From Candidatus Bathyarchaeota archaeon (GTDB lineage: Archaea > Thermoproteota > Bathyarchaeia > Bathyarchaeales > Bathycorpusculaceae), in contig CAWDYC010000007.1 in assembly GCA_963806535.1 (NCBI GenBank), positions 160,001-224,000 of the forward strand: a DNA stretch of 64,000 nucleotides, given 5' to 3'. Numbering within the stretch: position 1 is the first letter of the stretch; every line of letters begins with the position of its first letter. A model generated the notes under the pieces. The model had not been told where the DNA came from. It did not search any database and worked only from the letters and a program-made list of their open reading frames with translations. Position numbers and translations under genes: made by a program. Positions 52,031-63,581 of the stretch are shown in pieces.

Positions 52031-54452
52031 TCAGTCAAATGGTTTGCGTATAAGGCGAGTTTTTATCTGATCATTAAATAACAGTCCAAAAACAAAGAAC
52101 CATGCCAATGCTAAAGCCACGTACACAGGCGGTATTGGTGATAATCCAGGTATTCCTGTAATTGAGATAATCGACGAAATTAGTATGTCCGCAATTACTG
52201 CAATTAAAAGGGGTCGGCTCGGTTTTGACTCCCAGAAATTGCCCCTTTCCCGCACAACAAAAATTGTGAATAACCCGCCGAAAAGTAACATGTCAAACGA
52301 GAAAGTATTCAATGCTGCACTATTTGATAGCCCCAAGTAGTTAAGTCCCAAATAAAGCAGACCCAAAGACTCAATGACGCTTGCAACTCCTAGTATTGCT
52401 GCTCCTTTAACAAGAGGCGTAATATTCCATGTTTCAGGTTTTTCCGATGGACGTACATTATCTGTTGAAAGCGAGATAGTGACAAAGTCCACCAAGAAAA
52501 GCAATAGAACCACTTGGAAGGCACCTACAACGAACAATCCGGTTAGTAGAAATGCAACGATAACAAACAAGACTACCTGGAAAGTTTTTACAATCTTATT
52601 AAAAATCCAAGTCAATATCCGCTGATAAATCATTCTGCCAGTAACAACTAAATTTACCACGTTGGACAAGCCTTCTTCAGTTAAAACAACACTGGCTGAA
52701 CCCTTCGCCACATCAGTAGCATTACTTACGGCTATTCCAACCTCAGCCTGCTTTAACGCGGCAGCGTCGTTTATTCCGTCGCCAGTCATTCCAACAACAT
52801 GCTTTTCCGCCTGCAACCCTTTGACAATCCGGTACTTGCCTTCTGGATAAATTTCAGCAAAACCGTCGCTTTTATCAACGACTTCAGCTGCAACAATAGC
52901 ATCCTGGCTTCTAGTGTTCTCAACATCAGCCATGCGCGTAACTTTATCGCCTAAACCCACTTCTTGCGCTATCTGCTTTGCAATAGGCAGCGAATCACCG
53001 GTCAGCATTTTAACCGAAATTCCCAGAGATCGAAGCTTAGCAATCAGTTTTGCAGAATCCTTCCGTGGTTTATCATAAAGCCCCACTAAACCAACTATCT
53101 CCATTGCAGACGCTTCTTTGCCAATTGCCACAGCTATAACCCTGTAGCCTTTATTAGCCAAAACATCGACTTTCTGCTCAATGGTTTCTTTTTCATCTTC
53201 TTTGGTGCAGCAGGCCTGCACTACTGCTGAAACAGCACCTTTTATAACTCTAAATGTTTCACCTTTCTTCTCAACTATCGCTTCCGTTTTGCGCGTGGAA
53301 GGGTCAAAGGGGATAAATTTCTTCTGCTCATATTCGTCTGACTTTAATTTCTTATCTTCAAGGGCACCAAAGAATGCTAGATCAATTGGATCCTGATTCG
53401 CTTTTTGGGAAGCTAAAGCGCCAAATATGAGAGCATCATCTTTCGTGTAACTATTCATCTCTACAATGTCGGCTATTGACAGCTTATTTTCAGTAATAGT
53501 TCCAGTTTTATCAGCGCACAACACATCCATAAGCGCAGCATCTTCAGACGCACTAAGCCTAGTAACTAAAACGCCCTTTCGTGCGAGTTCAAAGGAGCCC
53601 AAAGCCATAGTAATCGTAAACATGGTTGGCAAAGCTACTGGAATTGCAGACACAAGCAAGACCAGCGCCAGGGACACTACATCTAAGAGGTTTACTCCTC
53701 GAACCCAAGAAACAACAGCGGTAATAACAAGCAAGGAAACAACCAAAACAAGAAGCCACTTCATGAGGCTGGAAATAACCTCTTCCATATGCAGCTTAGG
53801 CTTGGCCAACTGAACAAGCTGTGTCGTCTTGCCAAAATACGTGTGAACACCCGTGGCAGTAACAACACCTGTAACCTCACCCTTTCTAACAAGCGACCCA
53901 GAGTAAACAACATCACCAGTCTTTTTGTCAATAGGAAGGGATTCGCCGGTTATGGCTGACTGATCAACTGTTGCTTCAGAATCAACTATCTTAAAATCCG
54001 CAGGAACAAAGTCACCTAATCTAACCCTGATGACATCGCCAGGTACAACTTCAGCAGCATTTAATGTCTGCCACAGTCCATCCCGTAAGACACGCGTCTT
54101 TAGCTGCAGTTTCTGCTTGAGGGCTCCAACAGCTCGTGTAGCTTGCCGTTCTTGGATAAATCCTAAAATGGCGTTTACAAGCAGCAAGGCTGTTATTATG
54201 TAGAGGTCCAAGTATTTGCCTAAAACTAAAGACAGCACAATGGCTACTTCAAGCATCCAGGCCGTTAAGCCCCAGAACTTCTTTGCAAAAGTTATTGCCG
54301 AATTTGCCTGTTTCTCCGCTACTTCATTGCGCCCATATTGTTTTTGCCTTTCTTTGACCCTGATCAGAACTTAAGCCATTTGCAACATCAACATTTAAGG
54401 CATCATCTGCTTGTTTCTTCGATTTATCGGCATCTGATCCTTTTGCGGTCAT
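52031..54452 (-). CDS. plasma-membrane proton-efflux P-type ATPase (P3A; frameshift near 54360)
   Basis: DQSAITGES, IPVALP, CADKTGT, KGA, MLTGD and MTGDGINDA; N-terminus YGRNEV..KKFWG upstream of the listed ORF. Confidence 0.93.
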
Positions 54453-54509
54453 TTTTTTGATCTATCCAGTTAAATGAAAGATAAACAAACTTTGGATCAG
54501 CTGCATACC

Positions 54510-55095
54510 CTACAATTGAACTGTCCGCTTGCAAACTAATTCATAATGGTATGGTCCTGCATCCGTCTGTTTTACAACAGTAAAGCCGCTCTCTGAAAGG
54601 ATCCGCTTAGCCTCATCTTCGGATAGGCGACTTTTTAGTGGTGGTCCATGTTCTGTTTTAATTTTTTTCCAGTCTACATCAATGATGTATGCTGTGAGTT
54701 TAGATATGCGTTTAACTTCTTGAAAGAAAGTTTTCCTGTCATCTACTTCGTGAAGAACGTTCGCGAAAAGGACAAGGTCGACAGATTCTTTAGGAATCCC
54801 AGTATGACACACATCGCTATTGACAATTTTAATTACTTTTGGATTCACTCCCGACTTGGCAATGTTTTCCTTCAAGCTGTCCAGCATATTCTGATCACTA
54901 TCAACAGCATACACGAGACCTTTTTCTCCAGTTATCTGAGCCATTGGTATAGTAAAGAAGCCCAGGTCCTGAGCCTAGGTCAGCCATCGTCATTCCTTTT
55001 GTGGCATCTGCGCATTTTAAAATGGTTTCAGGATTATGCCATTGCTTTCTTTCTTCGGACATTAAGAACTTGGCACGGTCGGTATGATTTTCCAT
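54510..55095 (-). CDS. class I SAM methyltransferase (frameshift near 54955)
   Basis: ADLGSGPG, VYAVD, VLHE and DWKK..GPP. Confidence 0.88.
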
Positions 55096-55291
55096 TGCTA
55101 ACTCCTCATTTGCTTATGCGAAAATCAATTCCAGTATTAATGTGCGCTGGTTCAAAAATTCTTTAGCAAGGGAAAGCAAATAAAGAAGGCATTGTTAAGC
55201 ATGTTTTCTCTTCGCAACTTCATTTCACCAAGCATGTAAAAGAAGCTTGGTTTGCATTAAAAAAATGAAATTGTATCCTGGTTGTTGAAAA

Positions 55292-55486
55292 TCAGTTACT
55301 TTTTAACTTTATAGCATTAGCTGGACATTTTGCTATGCAATCGCCACATCCATGACAAAACTTTGGCTCAACAAAGTTTGGGTCGTTATTGTCGATGCGG
55401 AAAATTGCTTTAGCATGACATGCCTTTGCTGCCTGACACTCAATACATCGTAAGCATCTGTTTGGTTCAATGAAGGCCTTATGCAT
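55292..55486 (-). CDS. 4Fe-4S ferredoxin
   Basis: CLRCIECQAAKAC and CHGCGDCIAKCP. Confidence 0.88.
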   Translation of the reverse strand: MHKAFIEPNRCLRCIECQAAKACHAKAIFRIDNNDPNFVEPKFCHGCGDCIAKCPANAIKLKSN

Positions 55487-55613
55487 AGCCCTCACTTGGA
55501 AGGTTTCCACAACGCCTTATTGCGATTTACGACCCGACTGACTACAGCAAACGCCGAAATTCCTAGTAAGCTAACAAGCAACAAAAGCTTAATCACGTTA
55601 AACTCCCCCGAGG

Positions 55614-56108
55614 CTATACTACCTCTTTTGGGTTTTTTGGTTTTCTTGGTCGCCATGTTAAAGCACTATAGATCGTAAACACTAAGAGAGCCACAAACAC
55701 TGCTGCTTTGATGGCCGTGAAATCTACGATGGCTGAGTAGAGTGCGAATGCTGCGGGGAATCCTCCGATGTATAGTGTGAAAAATATTGCTGTGGGCAGT
55801 TTGTAGTTGTATTTGTAGTCTTTAAAGATGCGTCTGCCAAAGTACAAGGCTGCCAAGCGCCCCATGCCATGAGTGCATTTTATGCAATTGTAGCATGGAC
55901 GTAGGCAACCCAGAAGGTGAAGTACACCATAAATCAAGATAAGTGTTAGGATAAAAAACACAATACCTGTTGTGAAATCATATAGCAGAAAAGCCACTGA
56001 ATCAAGAACAATCCATAGGAAAAGCGCTAGGTTACCAAAGAGAACTAGTTTTTCTGGGAAGAAAATTGGGCGACCGTTTTTTGGTTCTGTCATGACAGCC
56101 TCTTCCAA
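55614..56108 (-). CDS. four-TM membrane protein with a Cys cluster
   Basis: CLRPCYNCIKC between TM helices. Confidence 0.65.
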   Translation of the reverse strand: MEEAVMTEPKNGRPIFFPEKLVLFGNLALFLWIVLDSVAFLLYDFTTGIVFFILTLILIYGVLHLLGCLRPCYNCIKCTHGMGRLAALYFGRRIFKDYKYNYKLPTAIFFTLYIGGFPAAFALYSAIVDFTAIKAAVFVALLVFTIYSALTWRPRKPKNPKEVV

Positions 56109-56261
56109 GTGATTGACATATAAGGTTTTTTTAGCACAACAAATTCGCGCGCGTGCAATAAGCTGTTCCAGCGGATAGCCAGGAGGTTGCCGCCAGCAAA
56201 CCGTGATTTTACCGCTTCTATTTTTTCTTCAACACTCGTCATGTGCTATCCTCTGTGGCTG

Positions 56262-56672
56262 CTATCCCAGATACCGTTTGATCATCGCTTCGATATGCGC
56301 TTTGGGGTAAGCGCCAACTAATCTCTCAACTTCTTTGCCATGATTGAAGATGATTATAGTTGGAATGCTCATTATTCCAAAGCTGCTCGGCACTACTTGA
56401 TTCTCGTCAACGTTCATTTTTCCAAACGCTGCTTTACCGGTATATTCAGCTGATAGTGCCTCAATTATGGGTCCTACCATTCGGCATGGGCCACACCAAG
56501 GAGCCCAAAAGTCCACCACCAGTAATTCATTTGCTGAGACTGCTCCTGAAAAGTTGCTATCAGTCAGAATTATTGGCGGTTTTGCAACTGGTGTTTGACC
56601 TTTTTTGGCGGCGTCTAGCATTGCTTGAATTTTTCTGAGTCTTATTTGTTCTAATTCATTTTCCTGATACAT
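56262..56672 (-). CDS. trxA: thioredoxin
   Basis: DFWAPWCGPC and SIPT. Confidence 0.95.
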   Translation of the reverse strand: MYQENELEQIRLRKIQAMLDAAKKGQTPVAKPPIILTDSNFSGAVSANELLVVDFWAPWCGPCRMVGPIIEALSAEYTGKAAFGKMNVDENQVVPSSFGIMSIPTIIIFNHGKEVERLVGAYPKAHIEAMIKRYLG

Positions 56673-56922
56673 GCATTAAATACCTCATTTTCTTCGCGAT
56701 CGGATTTTAAGCTTGTTTTTGAGCGTTTAACCTTGCTACCCAGACCTTGCAGGTTGGAGAGTGGTCACATAGCTCTTCGGGAATACCGCGTGGACATTCA
56801 ATTTTTTTCTGCATCACTATACTTCCTATGCTGTACCATTGCATCTCGCTTCCAAATATATCTTACGGTATTGTCAATACCAAACAATACCATTTATATG
56901 TAAGATTTGATAATCACTTCTT

Positions 56923-57306
56923 ATGGAAAGCATTAACCTACTAACAAAAAAGGGCGCCTCCTGCACCGACTTACTTACATGCCTATACAACCTAAAACCC
57001 TCAGACCTTGAAGTCCTCCTTGCGCTGGCAAAAAATGAAAACGCTACGCTTGACCAAATCGCAAAAATAGTGCAGAAGGATCGAAGCTCAGTACACCGCT
57101 GCCTTTCTAAGCTTGTAAGCATAAATTTAGTAAACAGGCAGTCAAAATCTCTCAAAGGCGGCGGATACTACCACACTTACGCTATGCTTGACCCAGCAAC
57201 AATTAAGAAGCATGCACTCGAGCGAGTAAAAGAAATCACTGAAAGCCTTGAAGCACTTGTAGACAGCTTCGAATCAGATCTCCAAAAACACTTAAAACAA
57301 GCGTAA
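56923..57306 (+). CDS. TrmB-like HTH transcriptional regulator
   Basis: DLLTCLYNL..DRSSVHRCLSKL..GGGYYHTY. Confidence 0.85.
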   Translation: MESINLLTKKGASCTDLLTCLYNLKPSDLEVLLALAKNENATLDQIAKIVQKDRSSVHRCLSKLVSINLVNRQSKSLKGGGYYHTYAMLDPATIKKHALERVKEITESLEALVDSFESDLQKHLKQA

Positions 57307-57359
57307 AAAACATAAGTCAAGGAAAAGAAAATAAAGAAAGAACATAACGGTGAGAGCAA

Positions 57360-57740
57360 ATGGAATGTGAACGCTGCAAATCATCTATAAATGAAGGAGA
57401 ATCCTATGACCTCAACGGACAAGTTTTATGCGAAGATTGCTACATGTATGAAACTAACCCTCCAAAAGCTTGTGACCCCATGGCTGTGTCATCAGCCTTA
57501 TCTGTGCGAAAGCAATTAGGCCAATCAGGAAGTTCAGGCTTAACTGAGTTACAGCAAAAAATCTACAACACCATAGAGAAATACGGCAAAATTACAAAAG
57601 AAGACTTGATCAAGACCCTAAACATCAAACCAGAGCAGTTAGAGCAAGAATTTGCTTTCTTTAGGCATTGCGAACTACTCCGAGCCTTTAGAGAAGACGG
57701 CAAAATTTACTTTACAAAATGGGAAACAAAAAGCGCTTGA
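57360..57740 (+). CDS. zinc-binding plus winged-helix conserved protein
   Basis: CERC..LCEDCYM..CDPMAV..LTELQ..RHCEL. Confidence 0.75.
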   Translation: MECERCKSSINEGESYDLNGQVLCEDCYMYETNPPKACDPMAVSSALSVRKQLGQSGSSGLTELQQKIYNTIEKYGKITKEDLIKTLNIKPEQLEQEFAFFRHCELLRAFREDGKIYFTKWETKSA

Positions 57741-57796
57741 AATTTTAGCACTTAGAAAAAGGCTCGCAACTATCTAACCAATGCAATCAAGATGAT

Positions 57797-58153
57797 CTAA
57801 CGTGATAACTTCAATTCCGAAATTCTTTTTTGGACTATGTCCGCCAACTTTTCTTGGAGGCTTTCTTCTGGAATTTTCTTGTCTAATTTGTCAATTATTC
57901 GGGCGAGTTCCTCATCGCCGACTGTAGTTCTTAACCACTTCTGGAAGTCACCGCGGTCAAAGTGAAATTTGATCGATTGTGTATCAATGCTTCCCATGTC
58001 TCTTAAGAATGAGCAAAGGGACAATGCTGTTTCACCGGTATAATGGCCATCTGGCATGAAAAAATGGAAGCCTTGAGCATAAGGAACTGGCCTCAGAATT
58101 TTCTGAGCCGCTTCTGCATTGCAACTATTTTGAGTGTTATCCAAATTGACCAC
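57797..58153 (-). CDS. DUF5752-like protein
   Basis: GFHFF..YTG.TA.SL and SIKFHFDRGDFQKW. Confidence 0.75.
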   Translation of the reverse strand: MVNLDNTQNSCNAEAAQKILRPVPYAQGFHFFMPDGHYTGETALSLCSFLRDMGSIDTQSIKFHFDRGDFQKWLRTTVGDEELARIIDKLDKKIPEESLQEKLADIVQKRISELKLSR

Positions 58154-58161
58154 CCACAGAA

Positions 58162-58698
58162 TTAGAGCAGCTTACCTATGCGCCTTGAGTCATCTTTTAC
58201 GACTTGCAATTGTTCAGCAGTGGGTTTTCCTCTGACATCGCCTAATCTACCCAAAGTGCTATGTTCAAGTGAGCCGTGGAATTCGCTTAAAACGTACCAT
58301 TCATCGATAACATTGAAACCTATGTGCTCAAAATATTGTCGTATATCTTTGCCAACTGGAGTTGCCTCGTCAATTCCTGTATGTGGTCCAGAGTAAGTTA
58401 CGAAGACTATCGCGTTTTTCCCTGGAACTTTTGGAGCTGAAGGCTTGATTTTACCATTTTGTCGATATTCAGCGAATTTTTTCTTAAGAAAGTTTGTCAC
58501 TGGTTCAGGAGGATGCCAAGAGTACGACGGACAACCTACGCAAACTAAATCATAGTCAAAATAATCAAGCGCTTCTGCTTCCTCAGGCTTCTTAATTGTT
58601 ACTTGAATGCTCGCTTCTTCTAAGCCCTGTTTGATTGCATTAGCCACTTTTTCAGTGTTACCTGTCTTAGACCAGTAAATTACCAGAGCAGTCTTCAT
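58162..58698 (-). CDS. flavodoxin
   Basis: IYWSKTGNTEKVA and VGCPSY. Confidence 0.9.
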   Translation of the reverse strand: MKTALVIYWSKTGNTEKVANAIKQGLEEASIQVTIKKPEEAEALDYFDYDLVCVGCPSYSWHPPEPVTNFLKKKFAEYRQNGKIKPSAPKVPGKNAIVFVTYSGPHTGIDEATPVGKDIRQYFEHIGFNVIDEWYVLSEFHGSLEHSTLGRLGDVRGKPTAEQLQVVKDDSRRIGKLL

Positions 58699-58716
58699 TT
58701 GTAGGTCCTTAGGCGT

Positions 58717-59145
58717 CTATTCCGTTTTTCCTTCAAATTCAACCTTGACTGGCGTTGGTTCTTTAAAGATAAACAACACAGGACAATTTGCTTCGGTTCT
58801 TCTCCAAGCAGCCTCTAGCAGTTCTTTCCTTGCATCAGAGGAAGCATTGACTTTCATAGTAACACCGCTTATAATCGGTGAATCCGGCGATTTGTCAGCT
58901 TCAGCAGTAACTTCAACCATCTTGAGTTTAATGTTACTTTTCTTGCAAACGTCAGCAAAGATTGTCACGCCGCAGTCAGCTAACGCCATCAAGCTTAGTT
59001 CAAGTGCTGTTGGACCACAGTCTGTTCCTCCTGCAGCAGTCGAAAGGTCACATTCAATGCTGTGGTTTCTTTGATTGTCGACCTTAGAACGAACGTTTTC
59101 AATCCATATTGCTTTGGCCTTAATTTTGGGCATAATTTTCACCAT
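58717..59145 (-). CDS. OsmC-family protein
   Basis: GGTDCGPTALEL..ALADC and NCPV. Confidence 0.9.
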   Translation of the reverse strand: MVKIMPKIKAKAIWIENVRSKVDNQRNHSIECDLSTAAGGTDCGPTALELSLMALADCGVTIFADVCKKSNIKLKMVEVTAEADKSPDSPIISGVTMKVNASSDARKELLEAAWRRTEANCPVLFIFKEPTPVKVEFEGKTE

Positions 59146-59645
59146 TTAGTTTGGGTACTAAACAATATTAATATCTTGCGTTTACAAAATAAACGAAATA
59201 AAACAGGAGATAATCTAAATGTTGCGCTTATAAACCTTGACGAAAATAAAATTTGTAATCTATTATTAAGCTTAGGCAAATGATCTGAAAATAAGCGCAA
59301 GTATTGACTCCACTAGAATAAAACAAATAATAAACGGTTATTCAGTTTTATCCTTCTCGACGGTTTAGGATTATTTGTCCTTGCCATGATTGGAGTTTTA
59401 ATTTAGAAACTGGCGAATATGAGGATGCGCCGTTAATGAAGCTGGTAAGTTACGAGTGGAAAATTAAGGCAGGCAAAATCTGGGTAAAGTTTGAGGATGA
59501 GGATCAATGAGTGATGTTTTAAACAAAGTGTTTACTGAAAGTTAGGATTTAATTTTAAGGCAATGAATTTTACATATTTTTCTCTATTAGATAAATACCT
59601 AAATTACAGTGCAATCTTGTAAAAGAAGAAAGAAGGATCACCTGA

Positions 59646-60146
59646 TTGAATAGCATAACATACAATCCTATCGGGATAGTGCACTCCCCTTTTAAGGAAC
59701 CAAAGGGCGTGCCTATTCAGACAACCGCATCAAAGGGCATTAGAGGGACAATAGAAGTAAACCCAGAATATACTGAAGGTTTAAAGGACATAGAAGGCTT
59801 CTCACACCTTTTTCTTCTTTACCATTTCAGTTTGGTTAAGAGATCGTCTTTGACTGTCAAACCATTTCTAGATGATAAACTCCATGGAGTGTTCGCTACC
59901 CGCTCACCATCTAGACCCAATGCAATCGGCCTATCCATAGTCCGCCTAACAAGAATCGAAAACAATATTCTATACATCCAAGATGTGGACATCGTAGACG
60001 ATACCCCACTGTTGGACATTAAACCTTACGTTCCCAAGTTTGATTACCGAAAAACAAGTAAAATAGGCTGGTTTAGAGGCAAACTTGACAAACTCGTAGA
60101 GGCAAAAGATGACGGCAGATTCTGCAGCACGAATAATCGAGACTGA
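59646..60146 (+). CDS. tsaA: tRNA m6t6A37 methyltransferase TrmO/TsaA
   Basis: PIGIVHSPF, GVFATRSPSRPNAIGLS and TPLLDIKPY. Confidence 0.93.
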   Translation: MNSITYNPIGIVHSPFKEPKGVPIQTTASKGIRGTIEVNPEYTEGLKDIEGFSHLFLLYHFSLVKRSSLTVKPFLDDKLHGVFATRSPSRPNAIGLSIVRLTRIENNILYIQDVDIVDDTPLLDIKPYVPKFDYRKTSKIGWFRGKLDKLVEAKDDGRFCSTNNRD

Positions 60147-60222
60147 AGCGTCTATTTGTAATAAGCCACAGAGCCAAACTTTTTACCGATATCAAAATGG
60201 TTTTTAATCATAAATATAGCTG

Positions 60223-60438
60223 TCATTTAAGACAGGGATTTTTTTCTTCGCTTTGCAATGCTCTATCCACTATCGTAGAGTACATTTGAGTTACTTGTTT
60301 TCGTTTTATGCACTGTCTTAATAATTTTTGAGCGGTCTCACTCCAGTCTACTTCAGAGTATTTGCTCATTTCTTTTTCCAATTCATCATCTATAGTTACA
60401 ATCAATTGACGAGTCAAATCATTGCATCTCCAATCCAA
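60223..60438 (-). CDS. small ribbon-helix-helix-like protein
   Basis: LIVTIDDELEKEMSKYSEVDWSE. Confidence 0.6.
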   Translation of the reverse strand: MDWRCNDLTRQLIVTIDDELEKEMSKYSEVDWSETAQKLLRQCIKRKQVTQMYSTIVDRALQSEEKNPCLK

Positions 60439-60514
60439 ATAGGTGAAGACAGCACAAAATTAGTCTTGTGGTAAAGACGAATTATAGAAAAGGCAATTCA
60501 AGAGATCTCGGTAA

Positions 60515-60958
60515 TCATTCGACTTCGTTAGTAATAATCATTATTGAGAAGTTGATTTGTTTAACCGGCTTGTTTGCCTTTAACCCCTCAATTAAGCCTT
60601 TCAAGCGCTTAGCTGGGCCTTTGATTACCATGACCTCAAGACAACTATTTTTTGTCAGATGTGAATGAAGATAAGCTGTTATCATATTTCTAAATTCATG
60701 ATGAAGCGTGGACAATTCTTCGTTCTTATCTCTCCTTTCATAAAGAATCGTGACTGTGGCGATTATGTTACCCTTGAGTTTGCCGAGTTCTTTGTACTCA
60801 ATTAAGTAAGTGCGGATGGCTTGCCTTACCACTTCTGATCGCGCTGCTGATCTCTCTTTGTCAAGAATGGCGTCTAAATCTTTAAGCAAATCATTAGGCA
60901 ATGAAACGCTAATTATGCTCACATGCTCACCAATTTTCACTACTTTCACGCTGCTCAA
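60515..60958 (-). CDS. nikR: NikR-like nickel-responsive regulator
   Basis: RHH ISVSLP..RSEVVRQAIR; LHHE..LHSHL..CLEV nickel-ligand pattern. Confidence 0.85.
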   Translation of the reverse strand: MSSVKVVKIGEHVSIISVSLPNDLLKDLDAILDKERSAARSEVVRQAIRTYLIEYKELGKLKGNIIATVTILYERRDKNEELSTLHHEFRNMITAYLHSHLTKNSCLEVMVIKGPAKRLKGLIEGLKANKPVKQINFSIMIITNEVE

Positions 60959-61814
60959 GAATAGTAGACAGCTTTTTCCACATAGTTATTATTTCGTCCG
61001 CTATGCCGCTTTTAGGAGCATATTCAACTATGGTTTTTCCATTAATCATGGCTTGAGTAACCTCAGCGCTAAAAGGGATAATGCCCAAAACGTCAATTCT
61101 CTTTTCTTTGCAAAAATTCAAAATCTTGTTAGTATTACCCGTGTTTATATCGTACATGTTTATGCAAACAAACGGAACAACATTGAAGTGATCAAGAAGT
61201 GTCAAAACCCTTTCAAGGTCATGGATTCCTGAAAGAGTAGGCTCCGTGACCACTAGTGCTGCATCTACCCCTGTGATTGAAGCAATAACGGAACAGCCAA
61301 TTCCAGGCGAACCGTCGATAATAATCAAATCGCAGTTTTCTTTTTCGGCTAACATTTTGGCGTTTTGCCGAACTATTGTAACGAGTTTTCCAGAATTGGA
61401 TTCACCGGGATTAAGCTTGGCATGTGACATGAAGCCATATTTCGTTTTTGAAATGAAAGCTTTTCCAGAGATTCTAGGAGCCAAAGTTATGGCACCGATT
61501 GGGCAAACAAATTTACAGACACCGCAGCCCTCACAGGCAATAAGGTCAACATCCAAACCATTCGTTATAGCACTAAAATTGCATTTTTCCTTGCATATAC
61601 CACAATGGCTGCATTTTGTTTTGTCAATGACAGCTACCTTTGAACCTATGAAATCCTGCGTTTTAATTATCTCGGGATGGAGAAGTATGTGAAGGTCAGA
61701 CGCGTCTACGTCGCAATCTGTCACAACCGCTTTTTTTGCTAGTACAGCGAAAGAGGCTGTGATCGACGTTTTGCCAGTGCCACCTTTTCCACTTAAAATC
61801 GTTAGCTGCTTCAT
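60927..61814 (-). CDS. MinD-superfamily P-loop ATPase with 4Fe-4S insert (COG1149 type)
   Basis: SGKGGTGKT, DCDVDA, two CxxCxxCxxxC motifs and DGSPGIGC. Confidence 0.9.
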   Translation of the reverse strand: MKQLTILSGKGGTGKTSITASFAVLAKKAVVTDCDVDASDLHILLHPEIIKTQDFIGSKVAVIDKTKCSHCGICKEKCNFSAITNGLDVDLIACEGCGVCKFVCPIGAITLAPRISGKAFISKTKYGFMSHAKLNPGESNSGKLVTIVRQNAKMLAEKENCDLIIIDGSPGIGCSVIASITGVDAALVVTEPTLSGIHDLERVLTLLDHFNVVPFVCINMYDINTGNTNKILNFCKEKRIDVLGIIPFSAEVTQAMINGKTIVEYAPKSGIADEIITMWKKLSTILEQRESSENW

Positions 61815-62647
61815 TTTTTGATTAACCTCGCTATTTCACTGTGGAGCGCCCTAAACTTCTCGTCCCATTCAGGCATTTCCGTTATGAAGGGGATGCCTCT
61901 TGAATAGAGCTCGGCTATTCTTCTTTGATAAGGAATTTCCATGAGTATGCGGATATTCTCTTTTTTGCAGTAAGCATACACTTTTTTGTCACCTATACCT
62001 GCACGATTGACAATCACACCAATAGGAACCGCAATCTTTCGCAAAACCTCAACAGCTATCTTCAGATCATGCAAACCAAAAGGCGTGGGCTCCGTCACAA
62101 GAATACAAAAATCGCTACCTTTTACGGCCTCAACAAACGGACACGAAGTTCCTGGGGGAGAATCAATAATCACTTCACTTTTTAGATCAATTTGTTTTTT
62201 AACCGCCTTAATAACTGGCACAGCCATGGGCTTGCCGACTTCTAGTTCTCCATACACGAGGTTCAAATCATCAATTGAGCTAAAGTTTAAGGTTCCAATC
62301 TTGTGTTTTTCTTCAGTTATAGCTTTTTTGGGGCAAACTAGTGCGCAGCCACCACAACTGTGGCAGAGCTCAGGGAAAACAAGAAGTTGGTCTTTAAGAG
62401 CGAAGAGCGCGTTGTACTTGCAGAACTTAGCGCATTCGCTACAGTAATCACACAATCCCAACTCTATTCTGGGAACCGTGGTGTAAACGGGTTTTGTCCT
62501 AATCAGATTTGACTGCAAAAACAAATATGCGTTTGGTTCTTCCACGTCGCAATCTAAGAGCTGACAGCGTCCGATAGAAAGCGCCATGTTTACGGCTAGA
62601 GATGTTTTTCCTGTGCCTCCTTTGCCGCTTGCAATCGCCACAATCAT
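61811..62647 (-). CDS. MinD-superfamily P-loop ATPase with 4Fe-4S insert (COG1149 type)
   Basis: SGKGGTGKT, DCDVEEPN, DSPPGTSCP and TEPTPFGLHDL. Confidence 0.9.
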   Translation of the reverse strand: MIVAIASGKGGTGKTSLAVNMALSIGRCQLLDCDVEEPNAYLFLQSNLIRTKPVYTTVPRIELGLCDYCSECAKFCKYNALFALKDQLLVFPELCHSCGGCALVCPKKAITEEKHKIGTLNFSSIDDLNLVYGELEVGKPMAVPVIKAVKKQIDLKSEVIIDSPPGTSCPFVEAVKGSDFCILVTEPTPFGLHDLKIAVEVLRKIAVPIGVIVNRAGIGDKKVYAYCKKENIRILMEIPYQRRIAELYSRGIPFITEMPEWDEKFRALHSEIARLIKK

Positions 62648-62695
62648 CTCATAATCACCTATTCGTCAAAAAAAGTTCAAGGGGAATTTGATTTT

Positions 62696-63088
62696 TCATG
62701 TTTCAGCAACAGCCTTCTTCAGAGTCTTTATAGCTATTTCAGCGCATTCCTCTTTTGTTTCTGGTAAGCCTCCAAGTGCCTTCAATATGTCATCTTCCGT
62801 AAGCTTCTTCACGGTACTAAGAGAGTGCCCTTTAATTATCAGGGTCAAAGCGGACATTGCAGACGATGAACCAGGGCAACCGTAACAGAGAAATTTGGCG
62901 TCTTTAATGATTTCGCCGTTTAATTTTATGTACAACCGTATTAAGTCACCTGAGTTTCCAAGAAAGACCGCGTTTGCATCGGGGCTTTCAATTACGCCCA
63001 TGTTTACATCGTTTTGATATAACTCAATAGCTCTGTCTGAATAACCTAATTCGATGAGCTGTTTGGCTTCTAATTTTTTGTCAGTCAT
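62696..63088 (-). CDS. IscU/NifU-N-like protein
   Basis: GDLIRLYIK..IKDAKF.CYGC..GGLPE.KEECA. Confidence 0.85.
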   Translation of the reverse strand: MTDKKLEAKQLIELGYSDRAIELYQNDVNMGVIESPDANAVFLGNSGDLIRLYIKLNGEIIKDAKFLCYGCPGSSSAMSALTLIIKGHSLSTVKKLTEDDILKALGGLPETKEECAEIAIKTLKKAVAET

Positions 63089-63112
63089 TTTATATCGCCA
63101 GAAGAATCAAGA

Positions 63113-63535
63113 TTAATGATGATGGTGTTCTTCATGATCGTGATGCGCAGCATTCGGGCAGCCTTCTGTTAATTCTTCCAGTTTACCCTGCTTGTATGCT
63201 TCAACGACTTCTTTGACTGTGTTTGCGTTTGCTTTTAGCACTTCAATGCCTGCGTTTTGGAACGCCATTATTCCGCGGGGTCCCATGCCATGAACTACTA
63301 TAGCTGTAGGTTGAAGTTTGGTAAGTTGGTCATGGGGTGATCCTGTTCCTCCAACATGTTCGCTAACGTTTGTGACTGCATTCACGTTTGTAAGTTCGCC
63401 TTTACTGTCAATCTCAACAACTGTGAAATAGGGTGCTCTTCCAAAATGTTCTGCCAATGGAGCGTTTATGCCTTCTTGATTGTCTGTAGGAATTATTATT
63501 TTATTTGTCAATTTTTCACCTCCGATGCTCGCCAA
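63113..63535 (-). CDS. NifB/NifX-family cofactor-binding protein with His-rich tail
   Basis: HFGRAPYF, GMGPRG and C-terminal HHDHEEHHHH. Confidence 0.9.
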   Translation of the reverse strand: MASIGGEKLTNKIIIPTDNQEGINAPLAEHFGRAPYFTVVEIDSKGELTNVNAVTNVSEHVGGTGSPHDQLTKLQPTAIVVHGMGPRGIMAFQNAGIEVLKANANTVKEVVEAYKQGKLEELTEGCPNAAHHDHEEHHHH

Positions 63536-63581
63536 GTTTTTTGTTGATTATCCTCAAACTGATAGACCATATGGTTGGTGT

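Noticed and set aside
56090-56242. About 50-aa minus-strand ORF between trxA and the membrane protein
   Set aside because: No recognisable motif; it cannot be distinguished from a chance ORF or remnant.
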